Assembly (NCBI GenBank): GCA_038231435.1
Contig: JBBRLJ010000024.1
Span: forward strand, 26,546-90,545
DNA: 64,000 nt
Reading direction: 5' to 3'
Source of the DNA: Planctomycetota bacterium
GTDB lineage: Bacteria > Planctomycetota > UBA11346
Made by a program: the position numbers and the translations under genes
The notes under the pieces: generated by a model
The model's database searches: none
Told to the model about the DNA's origin: nothing
Seen by the model: the letters and a program-made list of their open reading frames with translations, nothing else
Shown here: positions 60,525 to 64,000 of the stretch, piece after piece
Layout: each line of letters begins with the position of its first letter
Position numbering within the stretch: position 1 is the stretch's first letter

Positions 60525-62585
60525 TCAATGGTTCGATGTGCTCTGATCCATGATCTCCCACAGCGGAATCAAGTCGGCCTTTACCAAAGGTCGGTCCGGA
60601 GCGATGCCATCGATCGTTTTTCCGATATCGAGGAAAAGCCAGGCATCGTCTTGATAAACGATTCTCGTTCCTGGTGATGGAGAAATCGAGTTACTGATTC
60701 CGAGTTCGTGTTTATTGCAGAAAACGCAAAATGTTTTTTTGCGGTCATCTGGCATCAGCGATCGATCAAGGCCGTCGGCTCGCCATTGATCGATCACGGT
60801 TCGATTTGGGAGCAAGGGCAGGAAATAGAATTCCATGACGCGATCGAGATTCCGCCGCCGTTCCTCTACTTTTCCTCTTTGCCTTGGTAGGTAGAGGAAT
60901 CGATCCGATAGCAGACATGCGACGGCGGGATCGGTCAGGGTCAGGTATTCCGCGCCGACCCGTGTACAGTTGTCGCCAAATTCGCCGAGATATCGGAATG
61001 AGGACCACCCGATCAGCGCGCATGCCGCCACAGCAAGGAAGGGTTTCTGCCGTGAGATCCTTACTCGCCCGAAGGCAGTGGATCCTGGCATGAGGCCAAC
61101 GAGAAAGGGCGCGGACAAACAGGGGATCATGCTGGCATACACCTTCATGTAGGTGTAGTTGTGTCCTCCAGGGACAGCCAGCCATTTGAATTTGGCGAAT
61201 CCGATGGCCACTATGGCAATCGGAGCCAGCCAGAACGGCAGATCTGCTCTCAGTCTCTTGAGACCAATATACATGACGGCGACTGTTGCCGCGGTCAGGC
61301 TGGTTCTCCAGAGGATCTCTAGGCCTGACCTGCGTAAACGGATAGTGGTCACTTCTGGTGGGGTCCACGTGACGAATTCGGAATACGGGTTTGCTAGGCC
61401 GAGGATCTCGCAAGGCATGGCCCATCGTGGCTGCCAATACCCAGGATTGGCCAATGCGGCGATCCTCAGGGGGTCCCCCCACTGGGGCTGCCAGTACTTG
61501 GATGGTGCGAGATTCCTATGGCTGAGGTGATCCAGCGTCCGAGCCGAATACGGGAGAACAAGCGTACAACCGCACAAGAGAACGGCGCCGGCGAACGCCA
61601 ACGTCCTGAATGCGGAGGCGGCCTGTCCACGCACGATATCGCCGCAGACAATGAGGAAGATGAAAAGCATGAGTAGAGGCAGGATCTCGCTGTAGGTCAC
61701 GAGCAAGCATGAGAAAAACAGTGCTGATATTCCTACGAGTTTGAGGACTTGGGTTCTATTCATCTCTCGCATGAAATTGCGACCCGAGTACAATATGCCT
61801 ATACAAAGCGTCAAAAGTGGTATCGCCAACGCATGCGCCCATTGACCTTCGAGCATCACGTTCAACAGGGTGCAATTCATAACCAACAGTAATCCCCCAA
61901 TCATGGCCCACAGCAAGGGCATGTGGCATGACCTTCGGAAGAATATTACCCCAGAGCCGGCGATGAGTCCGTGGACCAAGGCGAGACTCGCAGGAGAAAT
62001 TGCAAACGGATGCTGTTCTCCGCTCAATATCAAATTGTTGGCGAGAAATAGGGGGTACCCCCATCGCAGATGTAACAGCCATCCATCACCTGCAATGCCG
62101 CTCAGAGACTCCCATGATTGTCCCGCGGTTTGTGTCATCACGGAGTACAGAACCCCATCGATGCCCAGTCTTACCGGTAGGAAGATGGAAAAGTGGCTCA
62201 TGCATTGGCATAAGGGGATAGCAGCGCCGAAAAGGATGACCAAAAGGAGCGCCGCTGTCGTGGATGTCATGCGTCGACGGAACACACTCAACAGGGACGC
62301 CAAGCCTTCATGATGCCCTGTCCTGATCCTGACGATGAGCGCAAGGATGACGAGGACCGCGGACAAGGTACCGGAAATGGGAATTGCCCACGAGATCGGT
62401 GACCCTATCAGCAACACATACATCCCAATCAACATGCTCGTAGCGATTCCGAGGCACGTAGTGATGACTACAGCAAAGGGAGGAAAGGAAAACAACTGCG
62501 GGCAGAGGATGAGGTACGGACCTGTGCCAATGGCGGAATATCCGAGAAAAATCGTCATGAACTGTAGGACAACCGACACCATCAT
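60525..62585 (-). CDS. Polytopic membrane protein, GT-C-like
   Basis: Many TM helices, loop LGIDGVLY, soluble C-terminal domain. Confidence 0.5.
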   Translation of the reverse strand: MMVSVVLQFMTIFLGYSAIGTGPYLILCPQLFSFPPFAVVITTCLGIATSMLIGMYVLLIGSPISWAIPISGTLSAVLVILALIVRIRTGHHEGLASLLSVFRRRMTSTTAALLLVILFGAAIPLCQCMSHFSIFLPVRLGIDGVLYSVMTQTAGQSWESLSGIAGDGWLLHLRWGYPLFLANNLILSGEQHPFAISPASLALVHGLIAGSGVIFFRRSCHMPLLWAMIGGLLLVMNCTLLNVMLEGQWAHALAIPLLTLCIGILYSGRNFMREMNRTQVLKLVGISALFFSCLLVTYSEILPLLMLFIFLIVCGDIVRGQAASAFRTLAFAGAVLLCGCTLVLPYSARTLDHLSHRNLAPSKYWQPQWGDPLRIAALANPGYWQPRWAMPCEILGLANPYSEFVTWTPPEVTTIRLRRSGLEILWRTSLTAATVAVMYIGLKRLRADLPFWLAPIAIVAIGFAKFKWLAVPGGHNYTYMKVYASMIPCLSAPFLVGLMPGSTAFGRVRISRQKPFLAVAACALIGWSSFRYLGEFGDNCTRVGAEYLTLTDPAVACLLSDRFLYLPRQRGKVEERRRNLDRVMEFYFLPLLPNRTVIDQWRADGLDRSLMPDDRKKTFCVFCNKHELGISNSISPSPGTRIVYQDDAWLFLDIGKTIDGIAPDRPLVKADLIPLWEIMDQSTSNH
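61383..61496 (-). repeat. 57-bp (19-aa) in-frame tandem duplication
   Basis: YWQPQWGDPLRIAALANPG / YWQPRWAMPCEILGLANPY. Confidence 0.75.
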
Positions 62586-62778
62586 TGGCTTCTAGCCACG
62601 CTCTCGGGCAATGCCATGGCTACGTACTTTGCCGGAGTCCAGCTTAGCGAGGCAGGTCATTGTCATCGTGTTCAGATGATTCGCCCTGGGACCACGGATT
62701 GACTACTCGTGTGAGGAGCGTACAGGAAAGAGCCTCATCCCGAAATTTGTTGTCCACGTCTGGATAGATCGTCCACGA

Positions 62779-63765
62779 ATGCCCCCTCGACTCACCATCG
62801 CCATACCGACATTCAATCGGAATCAGATTCTGGCGGATGCGCTTCGGGCTCTTACGCCACAACTCACTCCAGATGTGCTGGTCCTGATCATCGACAACTG
62901 TTCGACGGTTCCGGTCGAGAGCACCTTGGGGGTGATCGATCCGAGAGTACGGATAGTCCGGAATTCAGTCAATCTTGGCGGGAATGGGAATATCCTGCGC
63001 TGCGTCGAGCGATGCGAGACGCCATGGATATGGATTCTCGGCGATGACGATCGCCCCGAGCCCAATGCGATCGAGATCGCGCTCGCCGACATCGGGCGCT
63101 TTCCAGATGCCGTCTGCCTGAATTATTCCACACGGGGTGAGTTTTCCCGAACGTCAGATTTCTGCTCCAAGGGACGCAGCGAATTCCTGGGGAAAGTGGA
63201 TTCATTCGGCAATCTGCTGTTCGTGTCGTCCTCGCTGTACCGGACAGCATGTCTTCAGGGGCAGATGTCTTTCGGCCACCATTTCGCGTACAGTTGCGCG
63301 CCACATCTGGCCATGCTGCTCATGGCGATGGATCGGGACACGCAGGTGATGTTCTTGCGCGCTTCGCTCGTTTCGTGGGAGCGCACGTCCGTGGAGATCC
63401 GCGGATCATTGATAACGATCGCCCTGGGATTGCCCATACTGCTGGATTTGCCGATTCTGGCCTCGGAACGAAGGATCCTCGCCCGATCGCTCAGCCGTTT
63501 CCCCCGCACCGCCGCGATCGTGCATCATACGTTGCTGCAGATCATCTATGCCGGCGTCCGCCCGGGCGAAGCACGAAAGACCTTCAAGACGATCATGGGG
63601 AGGATCCCGATGCGCCTGGCTCCGATGCGGACGCTGATCGGTCAGGTGTGGTCCGTCATGCTGCTGTTTCCGCGCCCAACGTATTTTCTATTCGTCAAAC
63701 CGCTTTATCGTCGCATGACTGGTCACGAGAGCGGTCCGAACAAGCTGGGCATCGATCGCTTATAG
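62779..63765 (+). CDS. GT2 glycosyltransferase
   Basis: IAIPTFNR, IDNCS, NLGGNGN, ILGDDD. Confidence 0.9.
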   Translation: MPPRLTIAIPTFNRNQILADALRALTPQLTPDVLVLIIDNCSTVPVESTLGVIDPRVRIVRNSVNLGGNGNILRCVERCETPWIWILGDDDRPEPNAIEIALADIGRFPDAVCLNYSTRGEFSRTSDFCSKGRSEFLGKVDSFGNLLFVSSSLYRTACLQGQMSFGHHFAYSCAPHLAMLLMAMDRDTQVMFLRASLVSWERTSVEIRGSLITIALGLPILLDLPILASERRILARSLSRFPRTAAIVHHTLLQIIYAGVRPGEARKTFKTIMGRIPMRLAPMRTLIGQVWSVMLLFPRPTYFLFVKPLYRRMTGHESGPNKLGIDRL

Positions 63766-64000
63766 TCCCCGCCATCCATAGCGATGGCCTCGGAGCTGAT
63801 CCACTGCATGCCGTTCTTCGTTCTGTCGGGTGTTCTCAAATCGGGAGTTCCGTAGTCGGATTGATCCTCCCCCGTTTCAGTGGACCCATGGTTAAGCGAC
63901 AGCGGAATGCTGCCGCTCGAATTCCACCGGGCTGACGTAACCGATGGAGGAATGCCGCCGAACGCGATTGTAGAACACCTCAATGTATTCGAATATCTCC

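Overview
A GC-rich bacterial window; a PVC-group or Planctomycetota-like origin is my inference. 1-19 kb is housekeeping: partial lgt, a secreted Vgb-like propeller with a Cys/TM/Arg C-terminal tail, argS, a HEAT lipoprotein, glyQS, tsaB-alr, a DUF4388-TPR protein, and a nifU-like-sufBCD-sufS operon. 19-64 kb is a large mosaic surface-glycan locus. It holds a legionaminic-acid-type (Leg/Ptm) operon, pglF/GT4/wbaP, CDP-3,6-dideoxyhexose genes rfbFGH followed by a ThDP enzyme/aldolase/SDR/AroB-like module, and GtrA/GT2/GT-C-like cassettes of lower GC. Most notable: (1) every non-overlapping junction from legB to the GT4 gene, and several elsewhere, is exactly bridged by an unannotated 4-49 aa mini-ORF that meets the upstream stop and overlaps the downstream start, suggesting a translational relay; (2) a Rieske oxygenase with reversed domain order; (3) a candidate branched/carbocyclic sugar pathway; (4) a NifU-like protein lacking its Cys motifs; (5) TANNNT-N6-start leaderless signatures. 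No rRNA, tRNA, CRISPR or transposase was seen. All product calls come from motif recognition, not database searches.
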